From the IMG/VR virus record IMGVR_UViG_3300012209_000005, positions 51,416 through 115,415 of that record: a DNA stretch of 64,000 nucleotides; one strand, 5' to 3'. A program made the position numbers and the translations under genes. The notes below the pieces were generated by a model that had not been told where the DNA came from, made no database searches, and was given only the letters and a program-made list of their open reading frames with translations. Shown here piece after piece: positions 1 to 9,228 of the stretch (the first letter of the stretch is position 1; each line of letters begins with the position of its first letter). This stretch comes from a virus.

Positions 1-2391
1 GTTGGCGAGAATCCCCCCGGTCTGGTCCATCTTCTGGTAGCCGAGGACCAGGCTCGCGACCTGGATGGCGGCCTGGGCGTTCAGCTGGCCGTTCTTCCCC
101 ATCGAGGTGGAAAGCTTGATCCCGGCCATGTCCGCGAGCCCCAGGGCGGTCACGAAGTCCACCTTGTAAGCCTTGGAAATATCGGTCGCGCCCTGGATGA
201 CATTCTTGGAAGTGTCGAAAAGCTTCTTCTGCTCGGCGGTCAGCTCCATGATGTTCTGGGCCGACCCGGAGATCGCCCCGCTGCTCAGCGCCAGGTAACC
301 CGCGCCCGCCTTCACCAGGGCGTTAAACGAGGCCCACTGCTGGTTCTGCTGCTGGACGACCTGCGCGTTCTTCTGCGCGATGACATTCAGCGCACTCATG
401 TTCGACGCGGCGCCGACCGCCTTGTTGATGCCGTCGATGAACTCCTGGGTGGCCGTCTTCTCCCGACCCAGCCAGAAGCCCAGCCCGGCGAGCGCGAGGG
501 CCCCGACGGCGAGCGCCGCCCCCCACGGCCCGAGCAGGAACTTGCTGACGGCCCCCAGCTTCCCCACCACCCCGGAGGCCGCCATCCCTATCCCGTCGGC
601 GGCCTTCGTGAAGCCCATCCCGGAGGCCATCTTCGCGGCGACCCCGCCCAGGTTGGCGATCATCCCGGCGAGCCCGCTGACGACGTTCGCGACCATCGCC
701 GCCACGTTCGCCCCGATCTTCGCGAAAACCGGGATGCCCAGCGTGCCGAGCAGGGCGATCGCCCGTCCCAGCAGCCCGAAGCCCCCGACGAGGATGCCGC
801 TCCAGCGGTACATCTCCTCGAAGATGAAAACGGCGTAGAGCAGCGGCGCGGGCAGCTGGGAGATCCACTTGATGACCTCGCTGATCGCGGTCGCTATGTG
901 CAGCGCCAGTTCCGCGGCCCCGGGCATGGCGGCGGCGAACATCAGGAGCGCGTGCCCGACGTTGCCGAGGATCTGCCCGAACTCCCGCAGGTCCTGGACC
1001 GCCTGCCCGACGAGCTTCTGCAAGGTCGCCCCCATCGGCCCCTGCAGGTCGGCGACCACTTTCGCGCCGAAGGCATCGAGCATGTGGGTGACTTCCAGCC
1101 CGACGCGGGCGAAATTGGACAGCCCGTCAGCGCCGGCGTGGGACTGGGTGCCGATAGCTTTCAGCGCTTCCCCGAAAAGCTCGTAGACCCCGGGGTTCGC
1201 CCTGTCCTGCGCGACCTGCATGGAATGGCCGAGCCCGAGCATATCCCCGGCGGTCTTGCCGACCATCGGGCCGAGGGTCTCGCTGGCGGTGTAAAGCCCG
1301 GTGACCATGTGCGTGACCTGCTGCATGCCCTGGGCCATCGCGTACGCCCCGGCCACGGCGGCGTACATGGCGGGCAGGAACACGGCCAGGAATTCCACGA
1401 CGGCCATGATCACCAGGTGGATCGCCGTGCCCCACCCGGTGATCCCGAATGCCGCCAGCCCGAGGGGTATCCGCGCCGCCGCCGCGGCTGCCGCCAGGGC
1501 CGCCATCCCCCCGCCGGCGTTGTCGGCAGCCGCGCGGAAGGGGAGCAGGACCGCGTTCGCCCGCGCCAGCGCCGCCGCCGCGCCCGCCATGACGGTGCTG
1601 AACTGCGCCACGTCGGGGGTGTTCGCCTTGATCGCGGCGTCAAGCTCGCCGGCGGTCATCGCGCTCTCTTGCTGGGCGCGGGACAGTTTCTGCACCTCGG
1701 CGGCACCCGCGGCGTCCACCGCGAACATCCGCTGCTGCGCCCCGCTGGTCGCGTTCACCTCGGAGATCAACTGGATCATCGAGGCGCTCATGTCACGCCC
1801 GGAGCCCCCCACCCGCCGCCAGGATGCCGCCAGGGTGTCCGCTTCGGCCGCCGCCTCCGCTAGCGGGGCGGCCTGCTCTTTCACGGCATTGGCAGTCCTG
1901 GCGGCCATGTTCGCCTCCATGAACTGCGCGGCGACCACCTCGCGGGTGGCGGCGGCGTACTCCCGGGCGGTGATCGCGCCCTCGGCGAGCTGGCTGTCAA
2001 GCTCGCGCAGGGCGGCGGACTGCGCGTCGATGTGGGACATCTGCGCCCCGAGGTCACCGAAGCTCTCGGTGACGTTCTCGCGGATATTCTGGGTGACCGG
2101 GGGGAGGTTCTCCGGCGCCATTCCGGCCGTGCCGATGTTGATATCCCTGACCGTGCGGGTGACCGTCTCGTTGGTCAGGACATCGGGGCGGCCGATCTCC
2201 TCGTAGCTGATCCGGATGGTGACGTCGCGGGGCAGGGCCTCCAGCGCGGCTTCCAGCTCGGCGACTTTTTCGAGCATCGTGTCGATGCTGTCGATGAAAT
2301 CCCGGTTGGCGGCAACCATCGCCTCGATGCCGGCAAGGTACGGGGCGACATCTGCGTCGAATTCCTGGCTGACTCTCGGAAGCTCCGGCAG
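1..2391 (-). CDS. tape measure protein (5' part; continues beyond window start)
   Basis: Ala-rich helical frame (L/M)PELPRVSQEFDADVAPYLAGIEAM..., still open at position 1, downstream of tail chaperone; strong RBS GGAGGTG just before a CTG at 2391; absent from ORF track, consistent with no stop in the window. Confidence 0.85.
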   Translation of the reverse strand, partial: MPELPRVSQEFDADVAPYLAGIEAMVAANRDFIDSIDTMLEKVAELEAALEALPRDVTIRISYEEIGRPDVLTNETVTRTVRDINIGTAGMAPENLPPVTQNIRENVTESFGDLGAQMSHIDAQSAALRELDSQLAEGAITAREYAAATREVVAAQFMEANMAARTANAVKEQAAPLAEAAAEADTLAASWRRVGGSGRDMSASMIQLISEVNATSGAQQRMFAVDAAGAAEVQKLSRAQQESAMTAGELDAAIKANTPDVAQFSTVMAGAAAALARANAVLLPFRAAADNAGGGMAALAAAAAAARIPLGLAAFGITGWGTAIHLVIMAVVEFLAVFLPAMYAAVAGAYAMAQGMQQVTHMVTGLYTASETLGPMVGKTAGDMLGLGHSMQVAQDRANPGVYELFGEALKAIGTQSHAGADGLSNFARVGLEVTHMLDAFGAKVVADLQGPMGATLQKLVGQAVQDLREFGQILGNVGHALLMFAAAMPGAAELALHIATAISEVIKWISQLPAPLLYAVFIFEEMYRWSGILVGGFGLLGRAIALLGTLGIPVFAKIGANVAAMVANVVSGLAGMIANLGGVAAKMASGMGFTKAADGIGMAASGVVGKLGAVSKFLLGPWGAALAVGALALAGLGFWLGREKTATQEFIDGINKAVGAASNMSALNVIAQKNAQVVQQQNQQWASFNALVKAGAGYLALSSGAISGSAQNIMELTAEQKKLFDTSKNVIQGATDISKAYKVDFVTALGLADMAGIKLSTSMGKNGQLNAQAAIQVASLVLGYQKMDQTGGILAN

Positions 2392-2407
2392 ACAGTCACC
2401 TCCTCAC

Positions 2408-2896
2408 TTACCGGACATAAGGGCTCATGCGGGCCATGAAAGCAGAAACGGCCGAACGCTGGAGGGAGCCGTTAGAAATAACAGCTTCCAGCGCCGGCCG
2501 GAAATACGGGTGCTCGGGGACATGGACCCGGCGGAAATACCAGGACCCGCCGGTGTTCACCCAGTGCATCATGCCCTTGTTGCCCCAGGTATCGCCGCCG
2601 AACTCCTGGATAGCCGCGTACCGGGCGTAAGCCCCGACGCTGGCTTCCGCCTGCGTTCCCTTCGAAATCGTCCTGCCCCTTTTCACGCTGCGCGCCAGGG
2701 CGCCGGAGGCATACGCGGGCGGGTGCCCCACTGCCTGCCGCCAGAACATGCGCGGCGGGTGGAACTGCTGCTTCAGCTCCACCGTCGTCACCCGGCGCTG
2801 GAAGGTGTCCGCCATTGCCGTGGCAACGGGACCCGCGGCGCTCGCGACATTCCCGGCCAGCCCCGCCAGGAAAGCAGTGTTCCCCTCCGGGGTCAT
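2408..2896 (-). CDS. HK97 gp10-like neck/tail completion protein
   Basis: LARSV...YAAIQEFG...PYFRPAL motifs; tail-module context. Confidence 0.7.
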   Translation of the reverse strand: MTPEGNTAFLAGLAGNVASAAGPVATAMADTFQRRVTTVELKQQFHPPRMFWRQAVGHPPAYASGALARSVKRGRTISKGTQAEASVGAYARYAAIQEFGGDTWGNKGMMHWVNTGGSWYFRRVHVPEHPYFRPALEAVISNGSLQRSAVSAFMARMSPYVR

Positions 2897-2899
2897 CGG

Positions 2900-4036
2900 T
2901 CACCCTTTCTTCTTCACCCGCTCCGCAAGCTCGGTGACCGCGGGCCCCATGTACTTCTCGGCCACCCGGTCCAGGGCGTAATCCAGGGCGAAGTCGCGCA
3001 GCTTATCCCGGTCGACCGCATCACGGCTCTCGTGCGCCTGCTGAAGGGCGGCGTGAATCTGCCCGATGTAGGGCTTCGTCCACCAGCCCTTGTGCACCCC
3101 GTTCCAGAAAGGCTCGCCGCCCACGTGGAACCCGAGCGGGTTCAGCTCCGTCATCGAGGAGGCATCCGTGGTGATCACCGGGGTACCGCACGCCTGGGCC
3201 TCGACGATCGGCAGGCCGAAGCCCTCGCCGTAGCTGGTGGCCACCAGCACGTCGCATACCCCGTACCAGTCGGCGATATCCTGCGGAGACACCAGCCCGC
3301 AGGAGTACCGGTACTGGTCGACGACGCGGACCTTATCGACGATGCCGAGGTTCTCGGCGACAGCCTCCAGGTCCTGCCCGCCCTCGGTGTGGACCCCGGT
3401 GTGCAGGGACAGGATGGCTTCCGGGTGGTCCTCGCAGAAGCGGGCGAACGCCAGCATGATCTCGGGGATAGCCTTGCGGATCGCGTCATTATTCGCCATG
3501 TTCGCGCCGATGACGAAGTTGCCGTCGACCCCCAGCGACTCGCGAAGTGCCTTGCGGTCCCCTGGCGGGGAAAACAAGTCGGTGTCAATCCCGTGCGGGA
3601 CGTACACCGGGTCGAACCCGGCGTCCCTCATCCGGTCGCGGCCCCACATGCTCATCGCCATCAGCTGCGCCCCGGTGGCATGCAGGACGCTGCGGTCCGC
3701 GAGGGACTGGGGCCGGCAGTCCACCGGGAGCCAGTGGGCTATCGGCAGCTCGCGGATCAGGTTCGGGTCCATTACCCAGATGTCGCCGAGGGTGATGATC
3801 AGGTCCGGCTGGACCATCTGGGCGTGCTGCGACAGCGACGGGGAGCAGTAATTCTGCCCGTACCCGGGCAGGATGGTGATGCCATTCCACAGCGTCGGCG
3901 CGCCTTGCAGCCCCCAGTAGGTGCTGATCGTTACCTCGTGCCCCATGTCCGCGAGCTTCTGCACCCAATTTGCGGTCTGCATGCCGTAGCCGGAGGGGGC
4001 CCAGGGAACGCACGAATGCCATAGCAATTTGCTCAC
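2900..4036 (-). CDS. GT-B (family 4-like) glycosyltransferase
   Basis: EGFGLPIVEAQACGTPVI signature, VPHGIDT motif. Confidence 0.9.
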   Translation of the reverse strand: MSKLLWHSCVPWAPSGYGMQTANWVQKLADMGHEVTISTYWGLQGAPTLWNGITILPGYGQNYCSPSLSQHAQMVQPDLIITLGDIWVMDPNLIRELPIAHWLPVDCRPQSLADRSVLHATGAQLMAMSMWGRDRMRDAGFDPVYVPHGIDTDLFSPPGDRKALRESLGVDGNFVIGANMANNDAIRKAIPEIMLAFARFCEDHPEAILSLHTGVHTEGGQDLEAVAENLGIVDKVRVVDQYRYSCGLVSPQDIADWYGVCDVLVATSYGEGFGLPIVEAQACGTPVITTDASSMTELNPLGFHVGGEPFWNGVHKGWWTKPYIGQIHAALQQAHESRDAVDRDKLRDFALDYALDRVAEKYMGPAVTELAERVKKKG

Positions 4037-4162
4037 GCTAGAATTCCGTTCATTCTCATGATTACTCTCCTCATGGACAAGCTCTGTGAGTGCGGCTGCG
4101 GTATGCCATTGGCACCCGTAAAGTACGATCTCGCCGCGGAAAACCGCCGTCGTGCGCAGTGA

Positions 4163-4405
4163 TCACTTATCCTGGAGCTGCTCGATAGCCGCGTTCCTCG
4201 CCTGGTCCAGGACGGGCAGCCAGAACACGTGGTCCAGGCTCAGCTCGTCCACCTGGGCAGGCGTCCAGTGATAGGCCTTGGCGAAATAGTCGTAGACGAG
4301 CATCTGCGTCCCGAAACCCTCCGGGTAATCCGGCTGGAATTCAGCGCGGAACCCATTGAACCGGTAGATGAAAATCTGGGTCAGGCGGTAGCCGGCTTTT
4401 TTGGG
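4163..4405 (-). CDS. -1 frameshift extension of tail assembly chaperone
   Basis: Slippery C CCA AAA AAG at 4396-4405; -1 frame open to TGA at 4163 and encodes ...AYHWTPAQVDELSLDHVFWL..., typical of gpGT-type extensions. Confidence 0.75.
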   Translation of the reverse strand, partial: PKKAGYRLTQIFIYRFNGFRAEFQPDYPEGFGTQMLVYDYFAKAYHWTPAQVDELSLDHVFWLPVLDQARNAAIEQLQDK

Positions 4406-4740
4406 TCCGGCAGGTTCCGCCCGGATATAAGCTCCATCAGGGGCTCGACTTCCTTCTCCAGGGCCGCGTAATCCTCCAGGTCCATCGCGTCCCCGATCAC
4501 CATGTCGGCGGCCCGGAAGGAATCGTTGGCTGGAATGGGCACCGGGTAGGACCAGTCGGTGATCACCCGGCCCAGCAGGGCATTGCGCATATCGTTCTGC
4601 ATTTCCAGGAACGCGGCCCTGTTCCTGTTCCCGTCGCCGAGTTCCACCGACACCACCGCCTGGACGGCGAAACGGTCACTGGCCTTCAGCTTGTCGCGGT
4701 ATTCCACCCAGCCTCCGCTGGGCAGTGATGCTCGTGCCAT
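4381..4740 (-). CDS. tail assembly chaperone (short form)
   Basis: MARASLPSGG... with RBS AAGGAAG; between major tail and tape measure; ends just after slippery CCCAAAAAAG. Confidence 0.8.
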   Translation of the reverse strand: MARASLPSGGWVEYRDKLKASDRFAVQAVVSVELGDGNRNRAAFLEMQNDMRNALLGRVITDWSYPVPIPANDSFRAADMVIGDAMDLEDYAALEKEVEPLMELISGRNLPDPKKPATA

Positions 4741-4804
4741 GTGCTTCTTCCTTGTCTTTCGCTTATTCGACACAAGTTAGTATCCCTGGAGTATGATTGA
4801 CCCC

Positions 4805-5413
4805 ATGGAGTCCTGGTTGCCCGTAGTCGGATTCGAGTCCTACTACGAAGTTTCTGACATCGGTCATGTCCGCAGCCTGCGCACGGGAAAGATAATGAGC
4901 CCGAGCACGAGCAATAGCGGCGGCTATCCCCAGTACATATTCACCGTCGACGGCAAGCGCATCCCGAAATACGCACATCACCTGGTGCTTGAGGCATTCG
5001 ACAGTCCCCGCCCTGGAGGGCAGGAGGCACGTCACCTTGACGGCGATGCCGCTAATCCCGCCCTGACGGACCCGGCGGGAAAGCGGCGGCTCACCTGGGG
5101 AACGAGCAGCGAGAACAAGTTCGATGAGGTCCGTCACGGCACGCATTACGAAGCCAGTCGCACGCACTGCGACAACGGGCATGAATGGAGCGAGGAAAAC
5201 ACCCGCATCCGGCGTTACCCGGACGGGACGTTCAAGACCCGCTGGTGCATAGAATGTGCCCGCATTCGCTCAGCCGCCGTCCGTGCGGCACGCATCGAAG
5301 ACGAACGCCGCTGCACGGAGGACGACTGCGGTAAGCCCTACTTCGGCCGGGGGATGTGCTCTATGCACTACGCACGGTGGCAGAAGTCACAGAAGATGCA
5401 GGGTCTTCAGTGA
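4805..5413 (+). CDS. NUMOD4-HNH homing endonuclease
   Basis: WLPVVGFESYYEVSDIGHVRS (NUMOD4), HHLVLEAF...RHLDGD..N...LTWGTSSEN (HNH), C-terminal Cys/His motifs; antisense to flanking tail genes. Confidence 0.9.
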   Translation: MESWLPVVGFESYYEVSDIGHVRSLRTGKIMSPSTSNSGGYPQYIFTVDGKRIPKYAHHLVLEAFDSPRPGGQEARHLDGDAANPALTDPAGKRRLTWGTSSENKFDEVRHGTHYEASRTHCDNGHEWSEENTRIRRYPDGTFKTRWCIECARIRSAAVRAARIEDERRCTEDDCGKPYFGRGMCSMHYARWQKSQKMQGLQ

Positions 5414-6811
5414 CGGAAGGTCATCGTCAGACCACACGGTGTACGTGGGGATGTTATTCACCAGGGTGATGACCCCCGGGCCGAGCCCCCCGGACCCGCC
5501 GTAGTCGATGTTGTTGGCGATCCCCTCGAAGGTGTTCCCGTACCCGATGAGCGCCTTGCTCCGCATGATCTTGCTCTTGATGTTCGCCACCTGGCTCGCG
5601 GTGAAAGTCAGGGTGAACGGGGTGCCGGCGTTCGGGATGCCGGCGTTCGTCAGCGAGATCGACATCGGGGTCTGCGCGTTGAGCAGCATCAGGTCCAGCG
5701 GGGTCTCGGAGTTCGTCGGGTCCCACTGGATGGTCCCGTCCATGCCCAGCGGCCCCCGGGCGATCACGTACGGGACCTGGGTGCCGGCGACGATCCAGTA
5801 GACCTGGGTCTGGCGCTTGAAAGACACGGAGAACTCGCCGATGCCGGCGTAGTTGCCGGTGGACGCCACCGTGTTGCCCGCGAGGGTCACCGTCGCCGCC
5901 CAGTTGGGGATCGGGCGGCTGTTCGTGGTGATATTCGTCACCGCCGTGCCCGCGACCTGCGACAGCCACGAGTCCCCGGCCATCTTCAGGTTGAGCAGCT
6001 GCTCCGCGTTCCCGGAGAAGTCGATGCTCTTCAGCACCGAGCTGGGGTACATGCGGGCGCCGAAAGTGTTCGTGGGCGCGGTGCCGAAGGTGGCGTTGGT
6101 GAACACGTTGACGATGTTCGTCACGTCGGTGAACGTGTGCGTGGGAGGCTGCGCCCCGTAGGCGCCGCCGTACCCGAGCGGGGAGTTGAGCGCCGCGAAC
6201 CGGTGCGTGAACACCGTGCCCGTGGGGGCGACCGTCGACGCGACCGTGGACCCGGCGGCGACCACGCCGTTGATGGACGTCGGGTGCTGGAAGCGCACCG
6301 GGGTGGTGATGAAGTTGACCACGTTGGAGACCGCGGTCGAGGAGACGAGCAGCACCTCATTCGCGTAGCTCGCCGGGGTGTTGCTGGTGGTCGCCGTCCC
6401 CAGCTGGATGTAGCTGCCCGCGCTGAAGCCGGTGGGAGCGGAGGCGAGCGTGAACTGGGTCGCCCCCACCTGGACGGTCCCGCTGACCGTCTGCGCACCG
6501 CCGATGGCGTTGCAGGTGGTGGACATATCCCCGAAAACATTGTCGAAAAAGTACCCGTGGCTGTCCAGGAAGTTGGGACCCCCGAACGAGAACGTGGCGC
6601 TTTCCACGCCGAGCGTCTCGTAGAACAGGTCCGTCATCGCGCCCCTGATCGCGTTGTCCTTCAGGAACTTAGGCGTGTCCTCAGGCTCGAAGGAGCCCTG
6701 CTCCAGGGGGTGCGTGATGACAGGGACAAGGGGGGTCCCCACCGTCAGCTCGCGCGAAAGCCCCAGCCAGCTGAGTACGCCCGGGTAAATGGAAGGTCCG
6801 CCGAGAGCCAC
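5387..6811 (-). CDS. major tail (tube) protein with T/S/A-rich insertion
   Basis: Position upstream of tail chaperone, size, beta-rich composition. Confidence 0.7.
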   Translation of the reverse strand: MALGGPSIYPGVLSWLGLSRELTVGTPLVPVITHPLEQGSFEPEDTPKFLKDNAIRGAMTDLFYETLGVESATFSFGGPNFLDSHGYFFDNVFGDMSTTCNAIGGAQTVSGTVQVGATQFTLASAPTGFSAGSYIQLGTATTSNTPASYANEVLLVSSTAVSNVVNFITTPVRFQHPTSINGVVAAGSTVASTVAPTGTVFTHRFAALNSPLGYGGAYGAQPPTHTFTDVTNIVNVFTNATFGTAPTNTFGARMYPSSVLKSIDFSGNAEQLLNLKMAGDSWLSQVAGTAVTNITTNSRPIPNWAATVTLAGNTVASTGNYAGIGEFSVSFKRQTQVYWIVAGTQVPYVIARGPLGMDGTIQWDPTNSETPLDLMLLNAQTPMSISLTNAGIPNAGTPFTLTFTASQVANIKSKIMRSKALIGYGNTFEGIANNIDYGGSGGLGPGVITLVNNIPTYTVWSDDDLPSLKTLHLL

Positions 6812-6820
6812 ATGCTCCTT

Positions 6821-7336
6821 TTACGCTCTGAAGATTTCCCAGCAACTGACTTTGATAAGGCAGTCGTAACGCTTTTCCCGCTCATCCGCGGTTGACTTGA
6901 GCCCCGTCACGTAGTGCATATTCTCGCCCACGTTGTAAATCTCGGAGACAAGCCCGGAGTTGGGGTCCGTGATCGTGACCGGGTTCGGGTGCGAGAACCG
7001 CAGCGCGTACATCGCCGCGTCCACCATCCCGGGGAAGATGGGGTCCTGCTGGGTCCCGCTCCCGGTGGAAAACCAGGTCAGGTACACGTCCATGAAGTGC
7101 ATCATGCCCTTGGTGCCGGAACTCGTATTCGGCCCGGTGTTCCTCGGGATGGTCCCGCCCAGGTCGCCGGAGCGGTTTTCCTCGCCGTCCGCCGGCCAGA
7201 TGTAAATATGCGGGACTTTAGCCTGGATGTTAGGGTCGGGCGGCGTGATATACGCCCTCGCGTTCGCCTTGCCGTAGGGCATCGGCAGCTGGTCCAGGAT
7301 GCTGAGCAGGAAAGCCTGCGCCGTCACCAGGGGCAC
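6821..7336 (-). CDS. putative tail terminator
   Basis: Position directly upstream of major tail gene; 171 aa. Confidence 0.5.
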   Translation of the reverse strand: MPLVTAQAFLLSILDQLPMPYGKANARAYITPPDPNIQAKVPHIYIWPADGEENRSGDLGGTIPRNTGPNTSSGTKGMMHFMDVYLTWFSTGSGTQQDPIFPGMVDAAMYALRFSHPNPVTITDPNSGLVSEIYNVGENMHYVTGLKSTADEREKRYDCLIKVSCWEIFRA

Positions 7337-7381
7337 GGCAGACTCCTCCCTATGCCCATTTTACTGGCTTTGAATTCAAAA

Positions 7382-7906
7382 TCAAGGCCCGTACGAGCGG
7401 ATGCGGGCCTGCTGGGCAGCCAGCTCGCGCAATGCCTGCGCGACCCGCTGGGCCCGCGACGCCCGCTGCGCGGTCAGCGTCACCGCCGATGTGGAGAAGG
7501 TGCTCTTCGGCTGCGTGGAGATGGTGCCGCGCTTATGCAGCTGGCAGGCCCGCCGGTGGGCCGCCGCCGTCCGCCGGGCCGTGGCCCTCGCGGTCGCCGA
7601 GGCATGCGCCCTGGCGGTGGCTTTCGCGTGCGCGCTGGCGGTCGCCCTGGCGTGCGCGCGGGCCGTCGCCCTGGCGTGCGCGCTGGCGGTCGCCCGCGCC
7701 TTCAGGCTCGCCGCGCTGCGGTGCTTCTTCACGGTCCTGGCCACCGGGCGCCGCTTAGGTGCGTGCTTGACGCGGTGGGCGGCCCTGCGGGCTTTCTTCG
7801 CCTTCCGCGCCGTCGTGCGGGTGACCGCCCGCGCCCGCCTGGCATGAGAGGCGACCCGGGTCGCGGTTTTCGCCTGCCGCCGGGTCGTCGTGGTACCGCA
7901 GGACAT
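7382..7906 (-). CDS. very basic Ala/Arg/His-rich repeat protein (histone H1-like composition)
   Basis: RBS GGAGG; ARATASAHA-type repeats; almost no acidic residues. Confidence 0.6.
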   Translation of the reverse strand: MSCGTTTTRRQAKTATRVASHARRARAVTRTTARKAKKARRAAHRVKHAPKRRPVARTVKKHRSAASLKARATASAHARATARAHARATASAHAKATARAHASATARATARRTAAAHRRACQLHKRGTISTQPKSTFSTSAVTLTAQRASRAQRVAQALRELAAQQARIRSYGP

Positions 7907-8015
7907 GCGACCTCCGGTATAGTTGAGTCAAGCCCGCCTGCCTGGCGTGAGGACAGGTCACTTTTCACCACGGGATCTCGGAGTTGAACCTTGATCCCCG
8001 CCGGCGCAGGCGGGC

Positions 8016-8999
8016 CTAGACTGTCCGCCGGAACGGGTGCAGCAGAAGCTCCGCCTCGGAGTTCAGGGATTCCACGTCGCCCCCGGTGTGCTGGGAGTGC
8101 CCGCTGATGTCGTGGATGGTCGTCGTGGTCGCGCCCCGGACGAGGGCTTCGGCGGTGCAGAAAAGGATGCACGCCTGCTCGATGGTCCCGGGCATGGTGG
8201 TGAAAATGGTGCCCTGCTCATGCGGGTAGACCAGCGGCGAGGACAGGGACACCGTTCCCGGGCCGGCGGTCGTCGTGCTCGCGGTCACGTGCACCGTCTC
8301 CTGCAAACCCGAGTCTTTCACCACCCCGGTGGCCCCCAGCTGCCCGGAGTAGCTGGTTGAGGCCCAGCCGGTGGTATCATCCAGGACGAGGGTCACGGAG
8401 CCCGCCGTGGCATTCTGGGCGATCTCCGCGTGCGGCCAGCCGTTCGTGTAGGTGATCTGCACCGCGAAGCCGTTGCGCCCGTTCCCGCGGGTGACCCACC
8501 CGGGGGCGATGATCACCGCCTGCCCGCCGAAGGCGCTCCCCGAGGGGACGTTGGAGCCGTAAATCCCGATCGGGGGAACCTCGGGCTCGTAATTGCCGGC
8601 GGGAACCGTCTGCCACTGGCGCGGCCAGGCCGCGTTCGGGGACACCTGCACTTGCGAGATGCTCAGGACCGGCCACCGTGCCATAATCGCGCGGGCATTG
8701 TAGACGCCCTGCCCCCAGTAGGGCCCCGCCACCCCGCCGCCGGCGCCAGGGCCCACAGTCAGCCGGTAGTCGGGCCCGTGCAGAAGCTCGGTGTCGGTGG
8801 TGGCGCGGAGGACCTGGTTGCAGTAGGCATCCGCTTTCGCCGTCGCCCGCTGGCACATGTTCCACCACTCGGCGGCATTCTGCGCGGGGGTCACGTCGTC
8901 CCCGGGGGGGATGCTCGCCCAGTCGATGCCCGTGGGCGCGGTGATCAGCGTGACGGGGGAAATGTACGGCGCGCCGATGACGGGCATCGGGGTCGTCAC
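8016..8999 (-). CDS. putative head-tail adaptor
   Basis: RATAKADAYCNQ...ITYTNGW...IEQACIL...LLLHPFRR pattern typical of gp6/gp15-like adaptors. Confidence 0.6.
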   Translation of the reverse strand: MTTPMPVIGAPYISPVTLITAPTGIDWASIPPGDDVTPAQNAAEWWNMCQRATAKADAYCNQVLRATTDTELLHGPDYRLTVGPGAGGGVAGPYWGQGVYNARAIMARWPVLSISQVQVSPNAAWPRQWQTVPAGNYEPEVPPIGIYGSNVPSGSAFGGQAVIIAPGWVTRGNGRNGFAVQITYTNGWPHAEIAQNATAGSVTLVLDDTTGWASTSYSGQLGATGVVKDSGLQETVHVTASTTTAGPGTVSLSSPLVYPHEQGTIFTTMPGTIEQACILFCTAEALVRGATTTTIHDISGHSQHTGGDVESLNSEAELLLHPFRRTV

Positions 9000-9005
9000 C
9001 GGGCA

Positions 9006-9218
9006 TCACCTCCCCTCGGGAGCATTCTGGCGGCGGATGCAGCGGTGGCACAGGTAGCCCCCGCGCCCTTCGTCTTCCTCGGCAATCCAGTCGCTGTGCT
9101 TTGGATAGCACACGTCATCACCGCAGCGCACGCACTGCCCGGCGGGAGCTGCCGTCCTGGCAGCGCGTCCCCTGCGGGGTCCGCCGCAACTCCTGCACAG
9201 TCCGGGCGCTCTGCTCAC
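9006..9218 (-). CDS. small Cys-rich (zinc-binding) protein
   Basis: Three CxxC pairs. Confidence 0.5.
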   Translation of the reverse strand: MSRAPGLCRSCGGPRRGRAARTAAPAGQCVRCGDDVCYPKHSDWIAEEDEGRGGYLCHRCIRRQNAPEGR

Positions 9219-9228
9219 GGGGGGGCTC

